From Azolla caroliniana (Eukaryota > Plantae > Polypodiophyta), in contig JBHGNT010000035.1 in the NCBI GenBank assembly GCA_043228905.1, positions 186,001-250,000 on the forward strand: a stretch of 64,000 nt of DNA. The letters run 5' to 3'. The position numbers and the translations under genes were made by a program. The stretch's first letter is position 1; each line of letters starts with the position of its first letter. The notes under the pieces are model-generated. The model saw nothing but the letters and a program-made list of their open reading frames with translations, ran no database searches and had not been told where the DNA came from. Positions 28,201-43,875 of the stretch are shown piece after piece.

Positions 28201-31200
28201 AGCGTTGTTAGCTTCCATTCGCATGTTTGAACACAGAAATCCGATAACACACGAGCCAGATATGAACATTTTAATTTACCTACTTGCTCTTGTCAACTCC
28301 CACCTCAAATTTGCTAATTTCTTCATGTCGCTCGACCTGGGTTTCAAAATCTTGATTTTTTAATTCCATATCATAGCTAGCGTTGTTAGCTTCGATTCGC
28401 ATGTTTGAACACAGAAATCCGATATCACACAAGCCAGATATGAACATTTTAATTTACCTACTTGCTCTTGTCAACTCCCACCTCAAATTTGCTAATTTCT
28501 TCATGTCTCTCGACGTGAGTGTCCAAATCTTGATTTTTTAATTCCATATCATAGCAAGCGTTGTTAGCTTCGATTCGCACGATTGAACACAGAAATCTAA
28601 TATCACAGGAGCCAAATATGAACATTTTAATTTACCTACTTGCTCTTGTCAACTCCCACCTCAAATTTGCTAATTTCTTCATGTCGCTCGACCTGAGTTT
28701 TAAAATCTTGATTTTTTAATTCCATATCATAGCTAGCGTTCTTAGCTTCAATTCGCATGTTTGAACACAGAAATCCGATATCACACGAGCCAGATATGAA
28801 CATTTTAATTTACCTACTTACTCTTGTCAACTCCCGCCTCAAATTTGCTAATTTCTTCATGTCTCTCGACGTGAGTGTCGAAATCTTGATTTTTTAATTC
28901 CATATCATAGCAAGCGTTGTTAGCTTCAATTCGCATGTTTGAACACAGAAATCCGATATCACACGAGCCAGATATGAACATTTTAATTTACCTACTTGCT
29001 CTTGTCAACTCCCACCTCAAATTTGCTAATTTCTTCATTTCACTCGACCTGAGTTTTAAAATCTTGATTTTTTAATTCCATATCATAGCTAGCGTTGTTA
29101 GCTTCAATTCGCATGTTTGAACACAGAAATCCGATATCACACGAGCCAGATATGAACATTTTAATTTACCTACTTGCTCTTGTCAACTCCCACCTCCAAT
29201 TTGCTAATTTCTTCATGTCGCTCGACCTGATTTTTAAAACCTTGATTTTTTAATTCCATATCATAGCTAGCGTTGTTAGCTTCGATTCGCATGTTTGAAC
29301 ACAAAAATCCGATATCACACGAGCCAGATATGAACATTTTAATTTACCTACTTGCTCTTGTCAACTGCCACCTCAAATTTGCTAATTTCTTCATGTCGCT
29401 CGACCTGAGTTTTAAAACTTGATTTTTTAATTCCATATCATAGCTAGCGTTGTTAGCTTCCATTCGCATGTTTGAACACAGAAATGCGATATCACACGAG
29501 CCAGATATGAACATTTTAATTTACCTACTTGCTCTTGTCAACTCCCACCTCAAATTTGCTAATTTCTTCATGTCGCTCGACCTGATTTTTAAAATCTTGA
29601 TTTTTTAATTCCATATCATAGCTAGCGTTGTTAGCTTCGATTCGCATGTTTGAACACAAAAATCCGATATCACACGAGCCAGATATGAACATTTTAATTT
29701 ACCTACTTACTCTTGTCAACTCCTGCCTCAAATTTGCTAATTTCTTCATGTCTCTCGACTTGAGTGTCCAGATGTTGATTTTTTAATTCCATATCATAGC
29801 AAGCGTTGTTAGCTTCAATTCGCATGTTTGAACACAGAAATACGATATCACACGAGCCAGATATGAACATTTTAATTTACCTACTTGCTCTTGTCAACTC
29901 CCACCTCAAATTTGCTAATTTCTTCATGTCGCTCGACCTGAGTTTTAAAACTTGATTTTTTAATTCCATATCATAGCTAGCGTTGTTAGCTTCCATTCGC
30001 ATGTTTGAACACAGAAATCCGATAACACACGAGCCAGATATGAACATTTTAATTTACCTACTTGCTCTTGTCAACTCCCACCTCAAATTTGCTAATTTCT
30101 TCATGTCGCTCGACCTGGGTTTCAAAATCTTGATTTTTTAATTCCATATCATAGCTAGCGTTGTTAGCTTCGATTCGCATGTTTGAACACAGAAATCCGA
30201 TATCACACAAGCCAGATATGAACATTTTAATTTACCTACTTACTCTTGTCAACTCCCGCCTCAAATTTGCTAATTTCTTCATGTCGCTCGACGTGGGTTT
30301 CAAAATCTTGACTTTTTAATTCCATATCATAGCTAGCGTTGTTAGCTTCAATTCGCATGTTTGAACACAGAAATTCGATATCACACGAGCCAGATATGAA
30401 CATTTTAATTTACCTACTTGCTCTTGTCAACTCCCGCCTCAAATTTGCTAATTTCTTCATGTCGCGCGACCTGAGTTTTAAAATCTTGATTTTTTAATTC
30501 CATATCATAGCTAGCGTTGTTAGCTTCGATTCGCATGTTTGAACACAGAAATCCGATATCACACGAGCCAGATATGAACATTTTAATTTACTAACGCGTT
30601 GTTCTAAACTCCCGCCTCAAATTTGCTAATTTCTTCATGTCTCTCGACGTGAGTGTCCAAATCTTGATTTTTTAATTCCATATCATAGCAAGCGTTGTTA
30701 GCTTCGATTCGCACGATTGAACACAGAAATCCAATATCACAGGAGCCAAATATGAACATTTTAATTTACCTACTTGCTCTTGTCAACTCCCACCTCAAAT
30801 TTGCTAATTTCTTCATGTCGCTCGACCTGAGTTTTAAAATCTTGATTTTTTAATTCCATATCATAGCTAGCGTTCTTAGCTTCAATTCGCATGTTTGAAC
30901 ACAGAAATCCGATATCACACGAGCCAGATATGAACATTTTAATTTACCTACTTACTCTTGTCAACTCCCGCCTCAAATTTGCTAATTTCTTCATGTCTCT
31001 CGACGTGAGTGTCCAAATCTTGATTTTTTAATTCCATATCATAGCAAGCGTTGTTAGCTTCAATTCGCATGTTTGAACACAGAAATCCGATATCACACGA
31101 GCCAGATATGAACATTTTAATTTACCTACTTGCTCTTGTCAACTCCCACCTCAAATTTGCTAATTTCTTCATGTCGCTCGACCTGATTTTTAAAATCTTG

Positions 31201-34200
31201 ATTTTTTAATTCCATATCATAGCTAGCGTTGTTAGCTTCGATTCGCATGTTTGAACACAGAAATCCGATATCACACGAGCCAGATATGAACATTTTAATT
31301 TACCTACTTGCTCTTGTCAACTCCCACCTCAAATTTGCTAATTTCTTCATGTCGCTCGACCTGATTTTTAAAATCTTGATTTTTTAATTCCATATCATAG
31401 CTAGCGTTGTTAGCTTTGATTCGCATGTTTGAACACAAAAATCCGATATCACACGAGCCAGATATGAACATTTTAATTTACCTACTTACTCTTGTCAACT
31501 CCTGCCTCAAATTTGCTAATTTCTTCATGTCTCTCGACGTGAGTGTCGAAATCTTGATTTTTTAATTCCATATCATAGCAAGCGTTGTTAGCTTCAATTC
31601 GCATGTTTGAACACAGAAATCCGATATCACACGAGCCAGATATGAACATTTTAATTTACCTACTTGCTCTTGTCAACTCCCACCTCAAATTTGCTAATTT
31701 CTTCATTTCACTCGACCTGAGTTTTAAAATCTTGATTTTTTAATTCCATATCATAGCTAGCGTTGTTAGCTTCAATTCGCATGTTTGAACACAGAAATCC
31801 GATATCACACGAGCCAGATATGAACATTTTAATTTACCTACTTGCTCTTGTCAACTCCCACCTCCAATTTGCTAATTTCTTCATGTCGCTCGACCTGATT
31901 TTTAAAACCTTGATTTTTTAATTCCATATCATAGCTAGCGTTGTTAGCTTCGATTCGCATGTTTGAACACAAAAATCCGATATCACACGAGCCAGATATG
32001 AACATTTTAATTTACCTACTTGCTCTTGTCAACTGCCACCTCAAATTTGCTAATTTCTTCATGTCGCTCGACCTGAGTTTTAAAACTTGATTTTTTAATT
32101 CCATATCATAGCTAGCGTTGTTAGCTTCAATTCGCATGTTTGAACACAGAAATGCGATATCACACGAGCCAGATATGAACATTTTAATTTACCTACTTGC
32201 TCTTGTCAACTCCCACCTCAAATTTGCTAATTTCTTCATGTCGCTCGACCTGATTTTTAAAATCTTGATTTTTTAATTCCATATCATAGCTAGCGTTGTT
32301 AGCTTCGATTCGCATGTTTGAACACAAAAATCCGATATCACACGAGCCAGATATGAACATTTTAATTTACCTACTTACTCTTGTCAACTCCTGCCTCAAA
32401 TTTGCTAATTTCTTCATGTCTCTGGACTTGAGTGTCCAGATGTTGATTTTTTAATTCCATATCATAGCAAGCGTTGTTAGCTTCAATTCGCATGTTTGAA
32501 CACAGAAATACGATATCACACGAGCCAGATATGAACATTTTAATTTACCTACTTGCTCTTGTCAACTCCCACCTCAAATTTGCTAATTTCTTCATGTCGC
32601 TCGACCTGAGTTTTAAAACTTGATTTTTTAATTCCATATCATAGCTAGCGTTGTTAGCTTCCATTCGCATGTTTGAACACAGAAATCCGATAACACACGA
32701 GCCAGATATGAACATTTTAATTTACCTACTTGCTCTTGTCAACTCCCACCTCAAATTTGCTAATTTCTTCATGTCGCTCGACCTGGGTTTCAAAATCTTG
32801 ATTTTTTAATTCCATATCATAGCTAGCGTTGTTAGCTTCGATTCGCATGTTTGAACACAGAAATCCGATATCACACAAGCCAGATATGAACATTTTAATT
32901 TACCTACTTACTCTTGTCAACTCCCGCCTCAAATTTGCTAATTTCTTCATGTCGCTCGACGTGGGTTTCAAAATCTTGACTTTTTAATTCCATATCATAG
33001 CTAGCGTTGTTAGCTTCAATTCGCATGTTTGAACACAGAAATTCGATATCACACGAGCCAGATATGAACATTTTAATTTACCTACTTGCTCTTGTCAACT
33101 CCCGCCTCAAATTTGCTAATTTCTTCATGTCGCGCGACCTGAGTTTTAAAATCTTGATTTTTTAATTCCATATCATAGCTAGCGTTGTTAGCTTCGATTC
33201 GCATGTTTGAACACAGAAATCCGATATCACACGAGCCAGATATGAACATTTTAATTTACTAACGCGTTGTTCTAAACTCCCGCCTCAAATTTGCTAATTT
33301 CTTCATGTCTCTCGACGTGAGTGTCCAAATCTTGATTTTTTAATTCCATATCATAGCAAGCGTTGTTAGCTTCGATTCGCACGATTGAACACAGAAATCC
33401 AATATCACAGGAGCCAAATATGAACATTTTAATTTACCTACTTGCTCTTGTCAACTCCCACCTCAAATTTGCTAATTTCTTCATGTCGCTCGACCTGAGT
33501 TTTAAAATCTTGATTTTTTAATTCCATATCATAGCTAGCGTTCTTAGCTTCAATTCGCATGTTTGAACACAGAAATCCGATATCACACGAGCCAGATATG
33601 AACATTTTAATTTACCTACTTACTCTTGTCAACTCCCGCCTCAAATTTGCTAATTTCTTCATGTCTCTCGACGTGAGTGTCCAAATCTTGATTTTTTAAT
33701 TCCATATCATAGCAAGCGTTGTTAGCTTCAATTCGCATGTTTGAACACAGAAATCCGATATCACACGAGCCAAATATGAACATTTTAATTTACCTACTTG
33801 CTCTTGTCAACTCCCACCTCAAATTTGCTAATTTCTTCATGTCTCTCGACGTGAGTGTCCAAATCTTGATTTTTTAATTCCATATCATAGCAAGCGTTGT
33901 TAGCTTCAATTCGCATGTTTGAACACAGAAATCCGATATCACACGAGCCAAATATGAACATTTTAATTTACCTACTTGCTCTTGTCAACTCCCACCTCAA
34001 ATTTGCTAATTTCTTCATGTCGCTGGACCTGAGTTTTAAAATCTTGATTTCTTAATTCCATATCATAGCTAGCGTTGTTAGCTTCAATTCGCATGTTTGA
34101 ACACAAAAATCCGATATCACACGAGCCAGATATGAACATTTTAATTTACCTACTTGCTCTTGTCAACTCCCACCTCCAATTTGCTAATTTCTTCATGTCG

Positions 34201-36450
34201 CTCGACCTGATTTTTAAAACCTTGATTTTTTAATTCCATATCATAGCTAGCGTTGTTAGCTTCGATTCGCATGTTTGAACACAAAAATCCGATATCACAC
34301 GAGCCAGATATGAACATTTTAATTTACCTACTTGCTCTTGTCAACTGCCACCTCAAATTTGCTAATTTCTTCATGTCGCTCGACCTGAGTTTTAAAACTT
34401 GATTTTTTAATTCCATATCATAGCTAGCGTTGTTAGCTTCAATTCGCATGTTTGAACACAGAAATGCGATATCACACGAGCCAGATATGAACATTTTAAT
34501 TTACCTACTTGCTCTTGTCAACTCCCACCTCAAATTTGCTAATTTCTTCATGTCGCTCGACCTGATTTTTAAAATCTTGATTTTTTAATTCCATATCATA
34601 GCTAGCGTTGTTAGCTTCGATTCGCATGTTTGAACACAAAAATCCGATATCACACGAGCCAGATATGAACATTTTAATTTACCTACTTACTCTTGTCAAC
34701 TCCTGCCTCAAATTTGCTAATTTCTTCATGTCTCTCGACTTGAGTGTCCAGATGTTGATTTTTTAATTCCATATCATAGCAAGCGTTGTTAGCTTCAATT
34801 CGCATGTTTGAACACAGAAATACGATATCACACGAGCCAGATATGAACATTTTAATTTACCTACTTGCTCTTGTCAACTCCCACCTCAAATTTGCTAATT
34901 TCTTCATGTCGCTCGACCTGAGTTTTAAAACTTGATTTTTTAATTCCATATCATAGCTAGCGTTGTTAGCTTCCATTCGCATGTTTGAACACAGAAATCC
35001 GATAACACACGAGCCAGATATGAACATTTTAATTTACCTACTTGCTCTTGTCAACTCCCACCTCAAATTTGCTAATTTCTTCATGTCGCTCGACCTGGGT
35101 TTCAAAATCTTGATTTTTTAATTCCATATCATAGCTAGCGTTGTTAGCTTCGATTCGCATGTTTGAACACAGAAATCCGATATCACACAAGCCAGATATG
35201 AACATTTTAATTTACCTACTTACTCTTGTCAACTCCCGCCTCAAATTTGCTAATTTCTTCATGTCGCTCGACGTGGGTTTCAAAATCTTGACTTTTTAAT
35301 TCCATATCATAGCTAGCGTTGTTAGCTTCAATTCGCATGTTTGAACACAGAAATTCGATATCACACGAGCCAGATATGAACATTTTAATTTACCTACTTG
35401 CTCTTGTCAACTCCCGCCTCAAATTTGCTAATTTCTTCATGTCGCGCGACCTGAGTTTTAAAATCTTGATTTTTTAATTCCATATCATAGCTAGCGTTGT
35501 TAGCTTCGATTCGCATGTTTGAACACAGAAATCCGATATCACACGAGCCAGATATGAACATTTTAATTTACTAACGCGTTGTTCTAAACTCCCGCCTCAA
35601 ATTTGCTAATTTCTTCATGTCTCTCGACGTGAGTGTCCAAATCTTGATTTTTTAATTCCATATCATAGCAAGCGTTGTTAGCTTCGATTCGCACGATTGA
35701 ACACAGAAATCCAATATCACAGGAGCCAAATATGAACATTTTAATTTACCTACTTGCTCTTGTCAACTCCCACCTCAAATTTGCTAATTTCTTCATGTCG
35801 CTCGACCTGAGTTTTAAAATCTTGATTTTTTAATTCCATATCATAGCTAGCGTTCTTAGCTTCAATTCGCATGTTTGAACACAGAAATCCGATATCACAC
35901 GAGCCAGATATGAACATTTTAATTTACCTACTTACTCTTGTCAACTCCCGCCTCAAATTTGCTAATTTCTTCATGTCTCTCGACGTGAGTGTCCAAATCT
36001 TGATTTTTTAATTCCATATCATAGCAAGCGTTGTTAGCTTCAATTCGCATGTTTGAACACAGAAATCCGATATCACACGAGCCAAATATGAACATTTTAA
36101 TTTACCTACTTGCTCTTGTCAACTCCCACCTCAAATTTGCTAATTTCTTCATGTCTCTCGACGTGAGTGTCCAAATCTTGATTTTTTAATTCCATATCAT
36201 AGCAAGCGTTGTTAGCTTCAATTCGCATGTTTGAACACAGAAATCCGATATCACACGAGCCAAATATGAACATTTTAATTTACCTACTTGCTCTTGTCAA
36301 CTCCCACCTCAAATTTGCTAATTTCTTCATGTCGCTGGACCTGAGTTTTAAAATCTTGATTTCTTAATTCCATATCATAGCTAGCGTTGTTAGCTTCAAT
36401 TCGCATGTTTGAACACAAAAATCCGATATCACACGAGCCAGATATGAACA
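25245..36450 (+). repeat. Variable-length higher-order repeat cluster (steps of 9, 10, 15 and 13 monomers)
   Basis: CATTTCACTCG at 25660, 27261, 29039 and 31707. AAATGCGA at ~26106, ~27708, 29486, 32154 and 34466. CGCGCGAC at 30466, 33134 and 35446. Confidence 0.85.
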
Positions 36451-39400
36451 TTTTAATTTACCTACTTGCTCTTGTCAACTCCCACCTCAAATTTGCTAAT
36501 TTCTTCATGTCGCTCGACCTGATTTTTAAAATTTTGATTTTTTAATTCCATATCATAGCTAGCGTTGTTAGCTTCGATTCGCATGTTTGAACACAAAAAT
36601 CCGATATCACACGAGCCAGATATGAACATTTTAATTTACCTACTTACTCTTGTCAACTCCTACCTCAAATTTGCTAATTTCTTCATGTCTCTCGACGTGA
36701 GTGTCCAAATCTTTATTTTTTAATTCCATATCATAGCAAGCGTTGTTAGCTTCAATTCGCACGTTTGAACACAGAAATCCGATATCACACGAGCTAGATA
36801 TGAACATTTTAATTTACCTACTTGCTCTTGTCAACTCCCACCTCAAATTTGCTAATTTCTTCATGTCGCTCGACCTGAGTTTTAAAATCTTTATTTTTTA
36901 ATTCCATATCATAGCTAGCGTTGTTAGCTTCAATTCGCATGTTTGAACACAGAAATCCGATATCACACGAGCCAAATATGAACATTTTAATTTACCTACT
37001 TGCTCTTGTCAACTCCCACCTCAAATTTGCTAATTTCTTCATGTCGCTCGACCTGATTCTTAAAATTTTGATTTTTTAATTCCATATCATAGCTAGCGTT
37101 GTTAGCTTCGATTCGCATGTTTGAACACAAAAATCCGATATCACACGAGCCAGATATGAACATTTTAATTTACTAACGCGTTGTTCTAAACTCCCGCCTC
37201 AAATTTGCTAATTTCTTCATGTCTCTCGACGTGAGTGTCCAAATTTTGATTTTTTAATTCCATATCATAGCAAGCGTTGTTAGCTTCAATTCGCATGTTT
37301 GAACACAGAAATCCGATATCACACGAGCCAGATATGAACATTTTAATTTACCTACTTGCTCTTGTCAACTCCCACCTCAAATTTGCTAATTTCTTCATGT
37401 CGCTCGACCTGAGTTTTAAAATCTTGATTTTTTAATTCCATATCATAGCTAGCGTTGTTAGCTTCAATTCGCATGTTTGAACACAGAAATCCGATATCAC
37501 ACGAGCCAGATATGAACATTTTAATTTACCTACTTGCTCTTGTCAACTCCCACCTCAAATTTGCTAATTTCTTCATGTCGCTCGACCTGATTTTTAAGAT
37601 TTTGATTTTTTAATTCCATATCATAGCTAGCGTTGTTAGCTTCAATTCGCATGTTTGAACACAGAAATCCGATATCACACGAGCCAGATATGAACATTTT
37701 AATTTACCTACTTACTCTTGTCAACTCCTACCTCAAATTTGCTAATTTCTTCATGTCTCTCGACGTGAGTGTCCAAATCTTGATTTTTTAATTCCATATC
37801 ATAGCAAGCGTTGTTAGCTTCAATTCGCACGTTTGAACACAGAAATCCGATATCACACGAGCTAGATATGAACATTTTAATTTACCTACTTGCTCTTGTC
37901 AACTCCCACCTCAAATTTGCTAATTTCTTCATGTCGCTCGACCTGATTTTTAAAATCTTGATTTTTTAATTCCATATCATAGCTAGCGTTGTTAGCTTCA
38001 ATTCGCATGTTTGAACACAGAAATCCGATATCACACGAGCCAGATATGAACATTTTAATTTACCTACTTGCTCTTGTCAACTCCCACCTCAAATTTGCTA
38101 ATTTCTTCATGTCGCTCGACCTGATTTTTAAAATTTTGATTTCTTAATTCCATATCATAGCTAGCGTTGTTAGCTTCGATTCGCATGTTTGAACACAAAA
38201 ATCCGATATCACACGAGCCAGATATGAACATTTTAATTTACTAACGCGTTGTTCTAAACTCCCGCCTCAAATTTGCTAATTTCTTCATGTCTCTCGACGT
38301 GACTGTCCAAATTTTGATTTTTTAATTCCATATCATAGCAAGCGTTGTTAGCTTCAATTCGCATGTTTGAACACAGAAATCCGATATCACACGAGCCAGA
38401 TATGAACATTTTCATTTACCTACTTACTCTTGTCAACTCCTACCTCAAATTTGCTAATTTCTTCATGTCTCTCGACGTGAGTGTCCAAATCTTGATTTTT
38501 TAATTCCATATCATAGCAAGCGTTGTTAGCTTCAATTCGCACGTTTGAACACAGAAATCCGATATCACACGAGCTAGATATGAACATTTTATTTTACCTA
38601 CTTGCTCTTGTCAACTCCCACCTCAAATTTGCTAATTTCTTCATGTCGCTCGACCTGATTTTTAAAATCTTGATTTTTTAATTCCATATCATAGCTAGCG
38701 TTGTTAGCTTCAATTCGCATGTTTGAACACAGAAATCCGATATCACACGAGCTAGATATGAACATTTTAATTTACCTACTTGCTCTTGTCAACTCCCACC
38801 TCAAATTTGCTAATTTCTTCATGTCGCTCGACCTAATTTTTAAAATTTTGATTTTTTAATTCCATATCATAGCTAGCGTTGTTAGCTTCGATTCGCATGT
38901 TTGAACACAAAAATCCGATATCACACGAGCCAGATATGAACATTTTAATTTACTAACGCGTTGTTCTAAACTCCCGCCTCAAATTTGCTAATTTCTTCAT
39001 GTCTCTCGACGTGAGTGTCCAAATTTTGATTTTTTAATTCCATATCATAGCAAGCGTTGTTAGCTTCAATTCGCATGTTTGAACACAGAAATCCGATATC
39101 ACACGAGCCAGATATGAACATTTTAATTTACCTACTTGCTCTTGTCAACTCCCACCTCAAATTTGCTAATTTCTTCATGTCGCTCGACCTGAGTTTTAAA
39201 ATCTTGATTTTTTAATTCCATATCATAGCTAGCGTTGTTAGCTTCAATTCGCATGTTTGAACACAGAAATCCGATATCACACGAGCCAGATATGAACATT
39301 TTAATTTACCTACTTGCTCTTGTCAACTCCGACCTCAAATTTGCTAATTTCTTCATGTCGCTCGACCTGATTTTTAAAATTTTGATTTTTTAATTCCATA

Positions 39401-39475
39401 TCATAGCTAGCGTTGTTAGCTTCAATTCGCATGTTTGAACACAGAAATCCGATATCACACGAGCCAGATATGAAC

Positions 39476-42400
39476 ATTTTAATTTACCTACTTACTCTTG
39501 TCAACTCCTACCTCAAATTTGCTAATTTCTTCATGTCTCTCGACGTGAGTGTCCAAATCTTGATTTTTTAATTCCATATCATAGCAAGCGTTGTTAGCTT
39601 CAATTCGCACGTTTGAACACAGAAATCCGATATCACACGAGCCAGATATGAACATTTTAATTTACTAACGCGTTGTTCTAAACTCCCGCCTCAAATTTGC
39701 TAATTTCTTCATGTCTCTCGACGTGAGTGTCCAAATTTTGATTTTTTAATTCCATATCATAGCAAGCGTTGTTAGCTTCAATTCGCATGTTTGAACACAG
39801 AAATCCGATATCACACGAGCCAGATATGAACATTTTAATTTACCTACTTGCTCTTGTCAACTCCCACCTCAAATTTGCTAATTTCTTCATGTCGCTCGAC
39901 CTGAGTTTTAAAATCTTGATTTTTTAATTCCATATCATAGCTAGCGTTGTTAGCTTCAATTCGCATGTTTGAACACAGAAATCCGATATCACACGAGCCA
40001 GATATGAACATTTTAATTTACCTACTTGCTCTTGTCAACTCCCACCTCAAATTTGCTAATTTCTTCATGTCGCTCGACCTGATTTTTAAAATTTTGATTT
40101 TTTAATTCCATATCATAGCTAGCGTTGTTAGCTTCGATTCGCACGTTTGAACACAAAAATCCGATATCACACGAGCCAGATATGAACATTTTAATTTACC
40201 TACTTACTCTTGTCAACTCTTGGTTCAAATTTGCTAATTTCTTCATGTCTCTCGACGTGAGTGTCCAAATCTTGATTTTTTAATTCCATATCATAGCAAG
40301 CGTTGTTAGCTTCAATTCGCATGTTTGAACACAAAAATCCGATTTTACACGAGCCAAATATGAACATTTTAATTTACTAACGCGTTGTTCTAAACTCCCT
40401 CCTCAAATTTGCTAATTTCTTCATGTCTCTCGACCTCCGTTTGAAAATCTTGATTTTTTAATTCCATATCATAGCTAGTTTTGTTAGTTTCGATTCGCAT
40501 GTTTGAACACAAAAATCCGATTTTACACGAGCCAAATATGAACATTTTAATTTACTAACGTGTTGTTCTAAACTCCCTCCTCAAATTTGCTAATTTCTTC
40601 ATGTCTCTCGACGTGGGTTTCAAAATCTTGACTTTTTAATTCCATATCCTAGCAAGCGTTCTTAGCTTCGATTCGCATGTTTGAACACAGAAATCCAATA
40701 TCACAGGAGCCAGATATGAACATTTTAATTTACCTACTTGCTCTTGTCAACTCCCGCCTCAATATTGCTAATTTCTTCATGTCTCTCGACGTGAGTGTCC
40801 AAATCTTTATTTTTTAATTCCATATCATAGCAAGCGTTGTTAGCTTCAATTCGCATGTTTGAACACCGAAATCCGATATCACACGAGCCAGATATGAACA
40901 TTTTAATTTACCTACTTGCTCTTGTCAACTCCCACCTCAAATTTGCTGATTTCTTCATGTTGTTCGACCTGATTTTTAAAACCTTGATTTTTTAATTCCA
41001 TATCATAGCTAGCGTTGTTAGCTTCGATTCGCATGTTTGAACACAAAAATCCGATATCACACGAGCCAGATATGAACATTTTAATTTACCTACTTACTCT
41101 TGTCAACTCCTGCCTCAAATTTGCTAATTTCTTCATGTCTCTCGACGTGAGTGTCCAAATCTTGATTTTTTAATTCCATATCATAGCAAGCGTTGTTAGC
41201 TTCAATTCGCATGTTTGAACACCGAAATCCGATATCACACGAGCCAGATATGAACATTTTAATTTACCTACTTGCTCTTGTCAACTCCCACCTCAAATTT
41301 GCTGATTTCTTCATGTTGTTCGACCTGATTTTTAAAACCTTGATTTTTTAATTCCATATCATAGCTAGCGTTGTTAGCTTCGATTCGCATGTTTGAACAC
41401 AAAAATCCGATATCACACGAGCCAGATATGAACATTTTAATTTACCTACTTACTCTTGTCAACTCCTACCTCAAATTTGCTAATTTCTTCATGTCTCTCG
41501 ACGTGAGTGTCCAAATCTTGATTTTTTAATTCCATATCATAGCAAGCGTTGTTAGCTTCAATTCGCACGTTTGAACACAGAAATCCGATATCACACGAGC
41601 CAGATATGAACATTTTAATTTACTAACGCGTTGTTCTAAACTCCCGCCTCAAATTTGCTAATTTCTTCATGTCTCTCGACGTGAGTGTCCAAATTTTGAT
41701 TTTTTAATTCCATATCATAGCAAGCGTTGTTAGCTTCAATTCGCATGTTTGAACACAGAAATCCGATATCACACGAGCCAGATATGAACATTTTAATTTA
41801 CCTACTTGCTCTTGTCAACTCCCACCTCAAATTTGCTAATTTCTTCATGTCGCTCGACCTGAGTTTTAAAATCTTGATTTTTTAATTCCATATCATAGCT
41901 AGCGTTGTTAGCTTCAATTCGCATGTTTGAACACAGAAATCCGATATCACACGAGCCAGATATGAACATTTTAATTTACCTACTTGCTCTTGTCAACTCC
42001 CACCTCAAATTTGCTAATTTCTTCATGTCGCTCGACCTGATTTTTAAAATTTTGATTTTTTAATTCCATATCATAGCTAGCGTTGTTAGCTTCGATTCGC
42101 ACGTTTGAACACAAAAATCCGATATCACACGAGCCAGATATGAACATTTTAATTTACCTACTTACTCTTGTCAACTCTTGGTTCAAATTTGCTAATTTCT
42201 TCATGTCTCTCGACGTGAGTGTCCAAATCTTGATTTTTTAATTCCATATCATAGCAAGCGTTGTTAGCTTCAATTCGCATGTTTGAACACAAAAATCCGA
42301 TTTTACACGAGCCAAATATGAACATTTTAATTTACTAACGCGTTGTTCTAAACTCCCTCCTCAAATTTGCTAATTTCTTCATGTCTCTCGACCTCCGTTT

Positions 42401-43391
42401 GAAAATCTTGATTTTTTAATTCCATATCATAGCTAGTTTTGTTAGTTTCGATTCGCATGTTTGAACACAAAAATCCGATTTTACACGAGCCAAATATGAA
42501 CATTTTAATTTACTAACGTGTTGTTCTAAACTCCCTCCTCAAATTTGCTAATTTCTTCATGTCTCTCGACGTGGGTTTCAAAATCTTGACTTTTTAATTC
42601 CATATCCTAGCAAGCGTTCTTAGCTTCGATTCGCATGTTTGAACACAGAAATCCAATATCACAGGAGCCAGATATGAACATTTTAATTTACCTACTTGCT
42701 CTTGTCAACTCCCGCCTCAATATTGCTAATTTCTTCATGTCTCTCGACGTGAGTGTCCAAATCTTTATTTTTTAATTCCATATCATAGCAAGCGTTGTTA
42801 GCTTCAATTCGCATGTTTGAACACCGAAATCCGATATCACACGAGCCAGATATGAACATTTTAATTTACCTACTTGCTCTTGTCAACTCCCACCTCAAAT
42901 TTGCTGATTTCTTCATGTTGTTCGACCTGATTTTTAAAACCTTGATTTTTTAATTCCATATCATAGCTAGCGTTGTTAGCTTCGATTCGCATGTTTGAAC
43001 ACAAAAATCCGATATCACACGAGCCAGATATGAACATTTTAATTTACCTACTTACTCTTGTCAACTCCTGCCTCAAATTTGCTAATTTCTTCATGTCTCT
43101 CGACGTGAGTGTCCAAATCTTGATTTTTTAATTCCATATCATAGCAAGCGTTGTTAGCTTCAATTCGCATGTTTGAACACCGAAATCCGATATCACACGA
43201 GCCAGATATGAACATTTTAATTTACCTACTTGCTCTTGTCAACTCCCACCTCAAATTTGCTGATTTCTTCATGTTGTTCGACCTGATTTTTAAAACCTTG
43301 ATTTTTTAATTCCATATCATAGCTAGCGTTGTTAGCTTCGATTCGCATGTTTGAACACAAAAATCCGATATCACACGAGCCAGATATGAAC
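39476..43391 (+). repeat. 11-monomer (1958 bp) higher-order tandem duplication containing the most divergent monomers
   Basis: CTCTTGGTTC (40221/42179), CCTCCGTTTGAAA, CAATATTG and CACCGAAA all recur at +1958. Confidence 0.92.
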
Positions 43392-43747
43392 ATTTTAATT
43401 TACCTACTTACTCTTGTCAACTCCTGCCTCAAATTTGCTAATTTCTTCATGTCTCTCGACGTGAGTGTCCAAATCTTGATTTTTTAATTCCATATCATAG
43501 CAAGCGTTGTTAGCTTCAATTCGCATGTTTGAACACCGAAATCCGATATCACACGAGCCAGATATGAACATTTTAATTTACCTACTTGCTCTTGTCAACT
43601 CCCACCTCAAATTTGCTAATTTCTTCATGTTGTTCGACCTGATTTTTAAAACCTTGATTTTTTAATTCCATATCATAGCTAGCGTTGTTAGCTTCGATTC
43701 GCATGTTTGAACACAAAAATCCGATATCACACGAGCCAGATATGAAC

Positions 43748-43875
43748 ATTTTAATTTACCTACTTACTCTTGTCAACTCCTGCCTCAAATTAATTCCATA
43801 TCATAGCTAGCGTTGATAGCTTCAATTCGCATGTTTGAACACAGAAATCCGATATCACACGAGCCAGATATGAAC
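43748..43875 (+). repeat. 128-bp deleted monomer (copy 5)
   Basis: Junction at 43791/43792, with GTTGATAG. Confidence 0.95.
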
